This document shows, piece after piece, positions 1 to 12,709 of a stretch of 64,000 nt of DNA. The stretch lies in NCBI GenBank assembly GCA_010909165.1, contig VJWM01000249.1, positions 1 to 64,000 on the forward strand. Direction: 5' to 3'. Made by a program: the position numbers and the translations under genes. The notes beneath the pieces were generated by a model. It saw only the letters and a list, made by a program, of their open reading frames with translations, was not told where the DNA came from and ran no database searches. The first letter of the stretch is position 1. Every line of letters begins with the position of its first letter. This stretch comes from Anthoceros angustus (Eukaryota > Plantae > Anthocerotophyta).

Positions 1-1114
1 GCGTGCGGGAACACCAATAGATTATCACCAAGGTGATCCACCTTGGTGAGTAGGTTCGATGGGCGATGATCGGGCCACGGCTCATTGTCAGCTGGATATC
101 GACCGTTGGTGGTCGTTCGTCGAGCCTTACGCCAGCTGCGTGGTGGACCTATCTTCCCCCGCCTTGAGGGGCTCGGCACCCTCCCCCTCTTCCTCCTTGG
201 GGCGGTTGTAGGCCCCCGGGACCTCAAGGTCCATCGCCTTGGGTCCTCCGGAGGTTCTTGGACCGCACCTCCTTGTTGACGCCTTGACATCTTCCGGGCA
301 AACTCCCGGACGGTGACCTTGTCAAATGTCAGACCATTTGGAACACATCCAAATGCCACTGCACCAATTCTCCCGCTTCACGGAGCCCAAAGTCCGGATA
401 GCGCGGGTCACAATGTTGCGCTCCACAAGGTTCCATGGCTCCCAAACTTCGCGGGCTTTTGGGTGCCATCGTCTTCTCCTTGGTTTTGTAGCTTGGAGGC
501 TGGCTGGCACGTTGAGCCTCGCCGCGCGTTCGCTCCGACCTCAGCGGTGAGCCGCGCGAGGCGTCCGTCCCGAGATACCGCCCGAGCGGTGCGGGCGCGA
601 TCGCGGTGTCTGTGCGTGAAATGACCTTCTTCGCGACCACGCCTTGGAGTAAGCTGGCGGGCGCCTCTTCACAGCGCCAGTGCACGCGCTTACTGCAGCC
701 CTGGCGCGTACTCGGCCTTCGCCCGCGTGCCGGCCCCTCGGCGCGGCCCGGGCGTGAATACACTGCTATAACGGCCTCTGGCAGTTCGGTCGACCGCATG
801 CCGTCCTCCACTCGGTCGTCACGTGGCGTCGCCTGGTCGTCCTTACGGCCCAACTTCTAAGTTACTTTCACTGGCGTACTTATCACACTTTGGTCACAGG
901 TGGGTCGGACTTACCCCGTTACCTTTGCCATCGTAGGTCTAGTCGTTCCTCACTCGGTCGGAGTATACTCCGGTGCCGTCAGGATGCTAGCAGGGCTTAT
1001 TTCCTCCTTTTCGCCTCATTTTGTCCTTGCTCCACAAAAAACAAAATCCTACCTAATTTCTAACCCCGAAGTCCGTGATCCATAAGTCGACGGTCGTAAC
1101 TTGTGACTGTTCGC

Positions 1115-1254
1115 CCCATTTAAGCGGAGCCATGCCGAATGACCTAATGACTAATGCGGAATTTCAGAGCATCGGGTTCTGCTTATTTCGATGTCACTTG
1201 AGATACACCTGAGAGGCGGGTTTCAACCCAAGCTTCAAAGTTCGAGGGTTGGGG
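1115..1254 (+). mobile_element. Ty3/Gypsy integrase C-terminal remnant, left part (interrupted by Copia A)
   Basis: Degenerate translation ...LRGGFQPKL... joins GDFVYLQ at 7133 once Copia A is removed, resembling the C-terminus of bryophyte-type Gypsy integrases (R.G.Y.PK...F.VGDFVYLQ). Confidence 0.5.
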
Positions 1255-1445
1255 TATAGAGTTTACCTGGCGTTAGCTATGCACAATAGAGCCTACACAA
1301 CTTAGAATAATGAATTATGTGTGTGTGTGTCAAAGGACATGAGCGTCTAGAAAGCGGTTACAACTAATAACTATACGGCCACTTTTAACCCAAATATGTA
1401 ATGTATAATGTAAAGTATATATATGAGAGAGGCATATATTTAACA
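1255..1445 (-). repeat. 3' LTR of Copia A
   Basis: TATAGAGTTT...ATATTTAACA aligns with 6941-7132. Confidence 0.85.
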
Positions 1446-4400
1446 CTCACTCATTATCATTACGGGATAATTGAAAGACTAAATCTAGACCCAAAACCCT
1501 TCTGATTCAAAATGACGAAGATTACAGTCTCCACGCCTCCTCTAACCTCTCGGTGTCGAGTTCGCTCATTCACTTAGCGCCGAATGTCGAGCTCCGGTCG
1601 GCCAGATCGCCACCTCTCAAGCTCCAAGGACTGAGGGCAGGCCAAGCTGTATCTGCATAGAAGATCACCCTGTGTGTCCAATCCACGGCATGATTCGAAA
1701 TCTCTCGACTCCGACCAAGCGAGAATTCTCCATGACACATTGGAGGAGAATCTGCGAAGATCCGAACTTGAGGCGCTCAAGAACCATTCGCTAGAGGAAA
1801 CCATAGGTCAGCTGGTAACACGATCTTACGCCTTCTAGCATCGCCCTTGATTGCAAAGGCTAGCTGCGGCGAATGGGGGCGACCAAGATTGTCTTTGCCG
1901 ACTTCCTTTGTTCCAAGACCATTCGGTTGCCAAGAGTCGTCTCACGGAGGATTAGAGTCTTGACAGGCGAGCGGAGTTGATGACCCTCTAACACAGAGAC
2001 CTACACTGCGAGCTGCTTGGGATTGTTATGGTCAGAGAAAACTGGTTCAGATGGGGAGGAGGAGATGCTAATTTCATCACATTCTACGGTAAGTTCCAGC
2101 AGCTCAAATCTATCTCCCACTGTTTGTGTGGTGTGAGCACTTCTAATTCACTAAGCTACTCTTGTCATGTGTTATTGATTTCGAGGCCAAGATGTGTGAA
2201 GAGGCTGACATAGTCTACGACTCTTCAGAAGAAGAAAACCAGCCTGACTACGACCCAAATTTTCTAAAACTTCTCAAAGCAAGCAGGAATGAGAAGAGGT
2301 CCTTGTTCTTTGGGCCGATACTTCATCCCAGTGGCTAGGCAACTATAGCGCCCATGATGGTGAACTCGATTGACACAGACAATGACATTACTTTTGACAT
2401 TATGGACTCTAGAACTCCCAAAGACTCCTTAAAGCGTAATGTTTGAGCTTTGGTAAAGACTTTGTGAGAATATATCTGCGATGTTGGAGTCGGTTGGTAT
2501 ATATTCAAGCGATGTGTCCTTACGTAATAGCATCTCTAACGTGATGGTGCACGATATGTTTTGTTCTTGCGTGATATAGGATTTTGAGCTAACGCCTTGG
2601 TCTTGATTGTTGTCACAATATATTAATGTTGGTTCTTTTACTTTCAAGATGCAAAACCTTCGTAACCAGATAGCCTCTTTTGCTGCATGGGTAAGTGCTG
2701 AATACTCAGCCTCGATGAAGATAAGGATCGATGCTGTTTCTTCAAGACCGGTGGCACACCCATGCAATAAAAATGCATATCTGACTTCTTGTCGACACCA
2801 TTGGTCAATATCTCCTATCAAGGTAAGAGGTTCATTATCACTTGCTCTCTTTGTGTAGTGCACACCATGTGGGGTTATCCCTTTTAGGTATCTAAGTACT
2901 CTTTTGGCAGCAGACCAATGGGTTCTACTCTCTTTCGAAAGCGGACACCATACTCATGCCAAGTGCTACATCCAGGCGGCCATGATTTGAAGCGAAGATA
3001 AGAGAACCTCAGCATAGGGAACTCCTGCCATCTCTCTCTTCTCATCATCGGTTTGAGGGGACTCTTGCTAAGTTGCAACCCACTCAAGTGGAGTAAGAGC
3101 TAGCTTTGCTTATACTTATGCATGTCAAGTATATGTACTGGCGATGGATAACCAATGTGCACTGTGGCGAGAATTCGATGGTGTGTTCCCAAGCGGTGTA
3201 ATGACTCACATCCACCATCTCAAAACGTCCTGACAGTAAGCCTTTGAACGCTCAATCAGATTAGTACCAAGTAATATGCAATCATCCACATAAAGTGCAA
3301 GTATAACATAATCTTCTCCGTCTTGCAGCAGGTACACATTTGCATCAGCTGAACTTTTTACAAAATCAAGGCCAAGGAGAAACTCATCAATGCACTCATA
3401 CCAAGCACGAGGGCTTTGCTTCAGGCCATATAAAGTCTTCAGCAACCTGCACACCCAGTCCTCCTTACCTTCAAACTCGAAACCTTCAGGTTGTTGCATA
3501 AATATTTCTTCTTCCAGTTTGCCAAGCAAGAATGCAGTTTTAATGTCCATCTGGTGGATGAGCGGCCAAAACCTGCATGGAGAGCTATCACATACTTGAA
3601 TCCACGTTGCAGGAAGGCCTTTATGAGTTCACTCCATGAGCTTGACATCTTCTAAACTCACGGGACCCGAACCAAGAGGGCGAAGGCCGGGTCTATCCTC
3701 ATATTTGGGTTGTAATCTATACTACGATATGGGTTCAACCTCATCGAAGGATATGTACTCATGAGCGCGAGGAAGGGGCACTTGGTCTTTGAGGGGGCGA
3801 GCTAATTATATGACTCATCCTCCATCACCAAGGTCATCTTCAAACAAAGGATCGACACCCTCGACCGAGGATCGACTCTAGATCATGTTGTTCGAGAAAC
3901 AGACAGTGTGAAATATGATCTTGCGAGGACGTGGTTGTGGGACATGATCATCCGAAGGCTCGGGATCGGGGTCTCGGGGCCAGCCTCTGCATCAACAATG
4001 GTTACGACATCGAGGGATCTTGTTTAGGATCTTCTGACATACATTCGACATCTTCCAAGCCAGGATCTGAAGTTTGTGAGACTCTTCTCTCATCAAACAC
4101 GACAATACGGGCATACACCACTCTACGTGACTCAGGTTCAAACAATTTATAACCATGAATGCCTGGAGTGTACCCAATAAAGATATGTCGATTTATAGTC
4201 GAACTTACGCCTTAGCTTGTGAACATGTGCATACGCAACCTAGAAATGCGAAGATGTGAGACATCCGGCTTAGCTCCCGTCCAAGCTTCAAATGGTGTTC
4301 CACCACGGGGAGAAGAAACAGCAATCCGGTTTTGAAGATAAGTTGCAACCTTTGCCGCACTTGATTGATTGACAACCTCCCCTGAAACAGTAGTGATCTG

Positions 4401-6928
4401 GCTGCATCTTGTATTGTTCGATGTCTCCTCTCTGACCGACCATTCATATCGGAGTGATATGGATAGTCGGTGACGAGTAATGCGCTCTGTAACTCGAAAT
4501 GCTTGTGATAGGTACTCCTTGCCGTTATCGAGCGAATGCATTTGCTGTATCTGTCATCTCTCAAAGATAGGCAAGATACTTTTGAACTCAAACACTTGGC
4601 TCTTATGCTTCAACGGATCGATTCTGATGAAGTGAGTACGATCATCTTCAAATACTACAAAGTAACGTGCACCTCCCATGAGGGAGTGGACATTGGTCCA
4701 CATATGTCAATGTGCACCGGATCAAGAAATCTAAAGCTTTCCGTGGTCTCCCACTGCCGAAGTGAGATTTGAATTGCTTACCATGGACACATGCCACACA
4801 GCTCAAGGCGGTAAGTCGATTCAAGAACCACTGTGACCATCTTCTCTTTAAGTAGCCTCCGCATAGCTTGTAAGTTGGGATGGCCCAAGCGGCAATGCCA
4901 TCGAAATGCATTGCTAGGTGACGGTCTAACATTTCTTTGTGTGGGTTGTAGGAGTCACGAAAAGAAGTCAGTGAGAGAGTCAAGTAGGCTAAGTACAAAC
5001 ACATGGTACATAGCAACCACCATGGAAGTGGACTGTGACACAACACACTGCCCTTCAAAGGTAACTCAGTATCTTCCTTCTGCATAAGACCATAGTATTG
5101 ACCAAGTTTTAGTCAAATGGTACATGCAAAGTGTTCTCAAGTTGCGACAAGTCTCCATTGTGCAAGCAGGTGATACTCCCGGATCCCTTAATTGCAAGCT
5201 GAGAGTTGTCTCCAAGTACCACTGCATGACCTTGACACTTTGGTGATGTCTGATAGGTAGCAAAGTACTTTCGTTGAGAACACATGTGGTTAGATGCCCC
5301 ACTATCCAGGAACCATCTATGTGAGTTCTTGGATACAGAGGTGAGACATGTAACCAACAAGCCAGGTGTGGAAGAACGTGCAACTCCTGTTACATTTGCT
5401 TCACCTGGTTTTGATCTGCCTCCTTCATCTGTTTTCGTTTCCTGCAATCCTTGATCCAATACGTAGGCTTATTGCAATAATTACAAACGCCTGGTTTCTT
5501 CCCTGCAGACAGTGTGGAGCCAGAACCAGACGAGAATGCTTGTCCTCGACCTCGTCCGAATCCACCTCGTCCTCGTCCTCGTCCTCGGCCACGACCACGA
5601 CCACGTCCACGATCGGTAAAGAGTGTAGTATTACTCTGTTTGTGAGAAGAACTGGATCCACCCTTGCTTATTTTCCTACTGGCTTCAGCCTGTAGCAAGG
5701 CACCGACCAGCTTCTGAACCATAAGGCTAGAAGTGGCAGGTGTAGTTGATGTTGCAGGTACTTGAACAGCGGCAGCCTGTTGGCTGGAACTCCACTGTTC
5801 ATAGCTAGGAGGCAATGAGGCTAACAATTTACCTTCTTGCTCTTGATTGATAATACCACAAGAAGCGGTGACTTCATCTTGATCTCCCTCTTTGCGTTCT
5901 TTGCTACCTCGACATTATGTCTTTTGATTCATATGTTTTTGAATGGAGCGTCCACATTTTGCAGATAGCTTTCCAACTTGATATGGGGTATCATCTCTTG
6001 GGACAGCAACTAATATCGTTTTGGCCTTCCTATCCAGTTTATGCCAATCAACGTCTTCTGTCATTGTCCAATGGATGACATTTCCTTGAGTATCCTTCTT
6101 GCCCGAATCCTCTCTTAATTCTTTACGGAAAAGTGCCATCTACAATATCCATGAGACCTTTATCTTCAAGGATACATTACCCTAAAACTCCATGCATCGT
6201 AGTTGTGAGGCCTGTCCCATCCTGCGGGCAATTTGAAGTCGATGCGCTCTGCACCATGATCGATCTTTGGGTTGTAATACCCACTCTAGGGTTGAGGGGA
6301 TTTGAGCATTGCCAACTGCTCCTTCATGTTAGCAATCTCATCGACTGCAGCTACTCGTTCTTCTTTGTGAGATGGCCAACATGTCTTTCTCTCACATGTA
6401 GAAATATGTTGCTGTTGTATCAACAAGTTGTCCACATTATGCTTTGTGAACCAGACTTGAACCTTCAGTTCTTGAAGCTTGTCACACAACTCGTCAAGTC
6501 TGCTTGAAGACGGCTGAGAGGGGCTATGGGACGAACTACCAATGTATTCAAAAGGTGTCTCTCTCCTGCGAGATCGGGTTGGAGAACCTGATTGTTCACT
6601 AATAGAACTTGCTTCTGGAAAATTGGATTGAAGAAACGAGGACAAAAATCTTCTTCTCTCCTCCTCCTGAATTCGAGAGACTGGATTAAGAAAGTACAAC
6701 CTCTCAAAGTATGAAGCAAACCTATTAGTGTCAGAATGACAGGAATCCCTCCTAGGCGTGATCAGCCGATCCAACTCCGACCACGATGCTACAAAAATTT
6801 TCTCAGGCATCTCGCACTAATTACAAAATGCATTTCTTGAGCAAACAAGAAAACCAAGAACTCATTTTAAAAATGAGTCTTAATGCAGATTATTGTAGCA
6901 ATAAGTGCATAGCTCCAGGATCGATGGT

Positions 6929-6940
6929 GCTCTGATACCA
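6929..6940 (-). promoter_or_regulatory. Primer-binding site (initiator tRNA-Met) of Copia A
   Basis: GCTCTGATACCA is the reverse complement of TGGTATCAGAGC and abuts the LTR. Confidence 0.95.
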
Positions 6941-7132
6941 TGTAGAGTTTTACACAACGGTGGCTATGCACAATAGAGCCTACACAACTAGAATAATGAA
7001 TTATGTGTATGTGTGTCAAAGGACATGAACGTCTAGAAACGGTTACAACTAATAACTATATACAGCCCTAACACTAACCCAAATATGTAATGTATAATGT
7101 AAAGTATATATGAGGGAAGCATATATTTAACA
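6941..7132 (-). repeat. 5' LTR of Copia A
   Basis: TGTAGAG...TTAACA, 192 bp, adjacent to the PBS. Confidence 0.9.
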
Positions 7133-7290
7133 GGGACTTTGTCTACTTGCAGAGGCAAGTAGGGGACACATTGGACACTACCACCAGCCAACATGTTCTG
7201 CGAGTTCAGGAAGTCAAGGACAATGGCGTGCTAGTGTTGCAGGGATCAGATGAGGATCATATGAAAAATTGTATACTATGGGTTCGTGTT
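7133..7290 (+). mobile_element. Ty3/Gypsy integrase C-terminal remnant, right part
   Basis: Translates as GDFVYLQRQVGDTLDTTTSQHVLRVQEVKDNGVLVLQGSD..HMKNC, like the pol C-terminus of non-seed-plant Gypsy elements. Confidence 0.6.
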
Positions 7291-8500
7291 GAACTCGTGG
7301 AAATATTTGTATGCGGTGGACAAAAAGGCGATATAGAATAAGTTAAGCGAATTGCGAGGTTTCATACAACCTGCTAGTCAAAGTGCCGTCAAAGATAGTG
7401 ATGACAATGCTGGAGAAGCAGGGCCCAACGATGACGAAGGAGTCAACTCTGTTCACGGAGGGAGATGGGGGACCAAAGTCAATCGTGTAGGTTTGCTTTA
7501 TGGTTTTAGGTGGATGGTTTTGCCTGTCCACTGCAGCAGTAGACAAGGCCATTGGGCGCTAGCCGCCCTGCGCCCAATGGTGCTGTGTACCGGTGGTCAT
7601 AAGTAAGAGAATGCAGTTAGGGAGGAAGCTGCACTGATCGTTGTGCATTCCTGTTTTTTTTGTGAAATAAACCGGGACCATGTCATGTAATCATTTTCTT
7701 TGGGGTTTCACATATTGAAAGGAACCCTATTACGGCATGTCACATACCCTGACCCCCACCGCAGGGACAAGATGTGCATCGTTCTCATGCAAGAGGTGGG
7801 GCAACTATTGCTATACAGACACTACGTAGGGCCGAGGACACCGGCTGGCCTGCGCCCTCGCCGCTGCTTCGATGTCGTCCCGTTCTTGTATTGTGGTTCA
7901 CCTGTTCCAGCTCCACAGTAATCCACATATAGTTGTAGATGTTAACGTGATTTGGATATAAGCTATTAGTGGGTTTTGCAATAGCCTTCCTCACCTGTAT
8001 TTTCCTTGCACTATCCAATTTACAGTATTGCTTACCCGGCAGAAATGGTCATCCTAACATGTCTAAATTTTCTGCAAACAGAGAGGGTAGGGATTGCGAA
8101 CACCGTTCGGCGGAGACATTGATTGATAGGAAGAAGTGAGCTCGTCATGTCGCACCCTTTTTTTTCAAGTTCTTTTCAAAAAAAGGCGGAAAACTGTTCT
8201 TTCGGACACATCAAAAACCCTCTTCAGGACTTATTCAAGGAAATCCCCCATCGGGATTATTCCCCCCCTTGAAAAATTATAGTCTTCCAAGGCAGAAGCC
8301 TATGGGACGAATCCCAAATCTATACAAAGAGGGGGCTCCCATCGTTGGAGGAGCTGGTCTTAGAGGTGAGGACAAAAACATGGCATGAGTCAAGGGGTCC
8401 CTAGGCGCTCGTGGGTGACTCCTTACCGCTGAGGCATGGCCTACAGTTGCATTATGTCATTGTAGGTCAGGAGTTGGTGAATTCTCGGAGCAGTGCAAGT

Positions 8501-8680
8501 TAAAGCGTTTTAGGAATTGCTGCATAGTCGCTACTTGCCGAGAGGAGACAATGAGAAAGAAAAACGGTTATTGATTATTCCAGTAAAACGGCATATATAT
8601 GCGTACATTGATTTCGCTTAATAACTGATTATTAGACTAAATAAGAAGGCTCCACACAGCCTTATTTAACTATTTCTACA
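8501..8680 (-). repeat. 3' LTR of Copia B
   Basis: 180 bp, TAAAGCG...TTCTACA, closely similar to 19453-19636. Confidence 0.95.
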
Positions 8681-8851
8681 CTCCCTCTTAGTCGCGATAA
8701 TCAAGTTAATGAATAACTAGGTACTCAGCCTTTACGTCCAGGAGTGGTCAAGGAACACGCGCTGGAAATAGTATGAACACTTCACGGACAGTAGTTACTC
8801 TCCATTCCAAAACTGGTTGTACCGCTCCAACAGCGCTGGCTACAAAACACC

Positions 8852-9430
8852 ATGGATCACGCTCACACAAACTATGAGCTGTCTTCTCTTCTTGCGCTCC
8901 TTCTTCTAGGCTGGTTCTGCTGCATCTCTCTGCTTCGCTTGATTCTGTCTTGCAAACATTGCTGTTTAAGGATGAGTGCACTCTGGGTTGAGGACGAAAC
9001 TTGCGAAGTTGAGTGTATCCACTGTGGTCGTCAATGGATACCAGCTGAGAAGTACACAGTCAGACAGTGGATTCTCCATACTCTCGAGTGCGAGCACTCT
9101 GTGAGTGATGTTGATTGGCCCAAAACAACAGAAGAACAAAAGAAGATGGAAACTTCTGCTCGAAGGCTGAAGGCAAGGATTCCCGTTGGTCCAAAAATCA
9201 GCATAGGGGATACACCACCTCAGAGTGTTTCAGGGACTGGATATGTCGAGGAGACTCACAAAAGAAAAATACGGTCAGGATGTCTTTGCGAGGATGAAGG
9301 GGAGCACGACTACTATTACGAGTACAAGATAATAAGTGAGAGTTTGGCGGCTGCAACCAATGAAGACCTCAACGTGTTGATTCGTACTATCTGCTACAAG
9401 GAAGAGAAGACGCCTGGGTGTGAGTGCTGA
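8852..9430 (+). CDS. Antisense extra ORF between RNase H and 3' LTR of Copia B; Cys/His-rich, unknown function
   Basis: Open 192-aa frame (alternative start MSALWVED) with CIHC-x17-HTLEC and GCLCEDEGEH motifs. Confidence 0.45.
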   Translation: MDHAHTNYELSSLLALLLLGWFCCISLLRLILSCKHCCLRMSALWVEDETCEVECIHCGRQWIPAEKYTVRQWILHTLECEHSVSDVDWPKTTEEQKKMETSARRLKARIPVGPKISIGDTPPQSVSGTGYVEETHKRKIRSGCLCEDEGEHDYYYEYKIISESLAAATNEDLNVLIRTICYKEEKTPGCEC

Positions 9431-12400
9431 TTCATCCACTCCTCTCTTCATGTTTACCTCCTTTACCTTGCTATTGGCTCTTAACCCGGATGTTTCTTGC
9501 TGAACAGTGCTCTTGAAGGAAACAGAAAAAGTGAGTAACCTGCTGGAACCGATCAAGGAAAAGATGCAAGAGATAGGCTACACATTTTCTGTTCAGAATG
9601 AAAACAATGGCGAGAAACCAGAGTGAGAACTAGAGTGGTAGTGTCTAGTGTCTGTTCCTAGTTTTGTAGAAGGCGGAATGACTAACAAACCAGCTGAAAA
9701 AGAGTATTTAGAGTGCAACTGCTTAGGTAAAGCCTTGGTGAGGAGGTCAGCCATATTCTCACCTATAGGAACATACTCCACTTGTACCTCACCTGTATCT
9801 GCAGCTTGCCGAATAAAGTGATGTGTTATCTCTATGTGTTTTGACCTTGCATGGAATACTAGATTCTTAGAAAGTGCTATTGCAGATTGATTGTCACACC
9901 ACAATGTGGTTGATCCAACTCCAAGCTGGTGAAGGCCACGCAGAAAAGAATGAACCCATATCACTCCTCTGGCCGCTTGAGATAATGCACCATATTCAGA
10001 CTCTGTCGAAGACAAACAGATAGTAGAAAGTTTCGCTTTGGACCAAGCCTTGAGACCACTAACACTGCAATAGGGCATCTCCTATTATGGGATCTCCCAA
10101 TCGACGTCACAATAGGATGTCAATTGTAACCCATTAGATTGGCTTGTGTATCTTAAACCGAGCCTTGGAGTCCCTTTAAAGTAACGAAAAATACGCTTCA
10201 CGGCAGTCCAATGAGCCTCTCCAGGGTTCTCCAAAAACTGAGATACATTACTAACTGCTCTCGAGATATCAATTCGAGTCCAGTATGCTAGATAGAGCAA
10301 ACTGCCTACCGCCTGTCTATAAGGACGAGTCGATATGAGGTCCTTCTCTGCTTGAGTAACAGGGCACTATTCTTTCGAGAGTTTTTCGCCTACAGACATA
10401 GGGGTAGCCACAGGACGTGCCTCCAACATATTGAAACGATGTAGAAGTTGTTGCCATCTCACCTCCGACAGCCACGTCGCACGGCTCGTGCATCTCCACA
10501 TCGGCCCTTGATATCGTGCTATGGATCCGGACGGGAAATGATTTCAAGTGCGCACGACTTTCGTTGGACTGGTGGTTGCAGCCTACCGCATGGACGAAAA
10601 TGGTTTGTTTCAAGGGCGCACGACTTTCGTTGGAGTGGTAATAGCTACTACTACCTATATACTAGCTACTGCACGTTATACTTATAGGACTACTTGTCCT
10701 TGGCCTTTAAAGTTTCATTTAAGAAAGCTGTTTTGACATCCAACTGATGTACTAACAGACCAAATTGAGCTGCTATGGCTAATAAGATCCTAATTGAGGT
10801 AGACTTGACTACTGGGGAAAAGGTCTCATTATAATCTAGGCCAGCAACCTGACTATATCCTTTAGCAACAAGCCTAGCCTTATATCGACCTACACTCCCA
10901 TGATTTAGCTTCTTCTTAAATACCCTTGCAAACAAGCGGCTTGCGACCTTTGATCGACTAACTTCAAGTCTGGTTGGCAATGAGGAATCATATTAAAGTG
11001 CTTTATTTAAATATTACGCCGCTGATACCCTCTTGATATATAATGAGGTTGAGGAGGTATCAAAAGACACAGGATGGGAAGAAACAACTCCAGCAACAAA
11101 AGGAGGGTCGAGCCATTCAGTACGAGGGCGATGAGTGCGGGAGGAACGACGAAGAACAAGAGAAACATGGGTATCATGAGAACAAAAGAAATAGGGACTA
11201 TAGGAGGAACTCGCGTCTCCCGGCTTCAAGGGTGCACTAGGAGTAGCTCGGGCTTAAGAGCAGTGTTGTAGGTTCACAGGTTGAAATGGCAGTGTGAGAT
11301 CCCCCAGGCGAAGAGGAGACTCGTCAAGGAAAACCGAAAACATCAGGAGGGTCTTCGGAATAGTCATGGGAATCATCAATGCCATGGATGGTCGGAAAAA
11401 AAGGAGAGACACCAGGAGATAAAACAGAAGCATGATGACAAAGAAGGGCATTCTCATGAAAGACAACACTACGGGAAAGAGTAACCTGTCGGGTACCGGG
11501 GTCAAATAGTTTATAGCCCTTAACTTCGTAATAATAGCTGATGAAAACACGACGAACCGCCTTAGGATCCAACTTGTGACGCAACCTACAAGGAACATAA
11601 GCATAGGCAGGGGCTCCAAAAATCCGCAGATGTGTAATACGAGGCTTCTTACCGGTCCATTGCTCATAAGGTGTGAGAAGTCCTAACTCCTTAGAAGGAA
11701 GGCAATTTTGAACATAATTAGCAGCCATAAGGGCCTCAGCCCAGTAACCCCGAGTCAGTCCAGCAAAAGATAAACTTGAAAGTGTAGCCTCTGAAATCGG
11801 TTCTTCTCGGCCAAAAAGCATTACAGGCGGAGTAGGGAGGCATGCGATGTAGAACTCCTCAGCACAAAGTCCAAAGCATGGTGACATATTCGCCTCCATT
11901 GTCGTTCCTTGAGTTAACACAAGCTCCGGGTGAGCCATTATAAAGTCTTGCTTAAAAGTGTCCAAGGCTTCACTCTTGTGATGCAAAATGTAAGAAATTA
12001 CCAGTGGATTTCGGCTCCATTCTCCAAAGGTGATAAAGTAGAGACCACCACCAAAAGGCAGGGTGGACATCGGACATGATATCACTTGTATTGTGTGAAG
12101 AAGACTAGGAGCTCTAGACAAGAACTTATCTTTGTAAGGTTGAGAGATTGCCTTACTAGTTTGACAAGCGTCACAGATCGGATGAGAATCAACAGAAAAA
12201 ACTAAGGAATCTCTGTACACTGTGGAATTAACTAGACTAGAAAGCCGTTGAAAATTGACATGCCCCAATCTACAGTGCCATAGTTGTGTAGGAGAGAGGG
12301 CTGAAGAATCATGAGAAACATAAACGATTGAGGGTGCTATGACTGATCGAACGTTCAACAAGTAGAGATCGTTGAACGGGGTACAAGAGAAAATATCATC

Positions 12401-12709
12401 CGGACTACGAAAAGGAGTAATGTAGCAGCCTGTATGATCAAAACATACTCGACAAGAATGTTCTTCTGTGAGCTTGAGGACTGACATTAAGTTTTTAGTC
12501 ATAGAGGGCACAAAAAGCACACCTGAGAGGGTGAGAGTAGAGGAATCTGGAAGCTCTATGATGACTGATCCAGATCCCTTGATTGCAAGCCAGCTCATCA
12601 CTGATACAAGGAGTGTAAATCGGTGAGGAATGAAAGTAGAAAAAGCCGCATCATAACATGTTGGTTGCTCCTGAGTCCAAAAACCACATATCAGTTTGAA
12701 TCTGAATGG

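Larger units (their letters stand above)
1255..7132 (-). mobile_element. Ty1/Copia LTR retrotransposon A, degenerate, with ~190-bp LTRs
   Basis: Similar LTRs at 1255-1445 and 6941-7132; Met-tRNA PBS at 6929-6940. Minus-strand fragments in Copia order: gag (5915-6139), zinc knuckle CNYCNKPTYWIKDC (5390-5827), protease WFLDSGASNHM, integrase (4205-5085), RT MDIKTAFL...LYVDD (3206-3550), RNase H AEYSALTHAAKEAIWL (2429-2863). No clean TSD. Confidence 0.9.

Noticed and set aside
1-1100. GC-rich ORFs of 60-174 aa at the window start
   Set aside because: No recognisable domain; probably retroelement debris but cannot be assigned.
7300-8495. Short ORFs and a purine run (~7458-7471) as a possible Gypsy PPT/LTR
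   Set aside because: No TG start, no partner LTR and no convincing protein motif.
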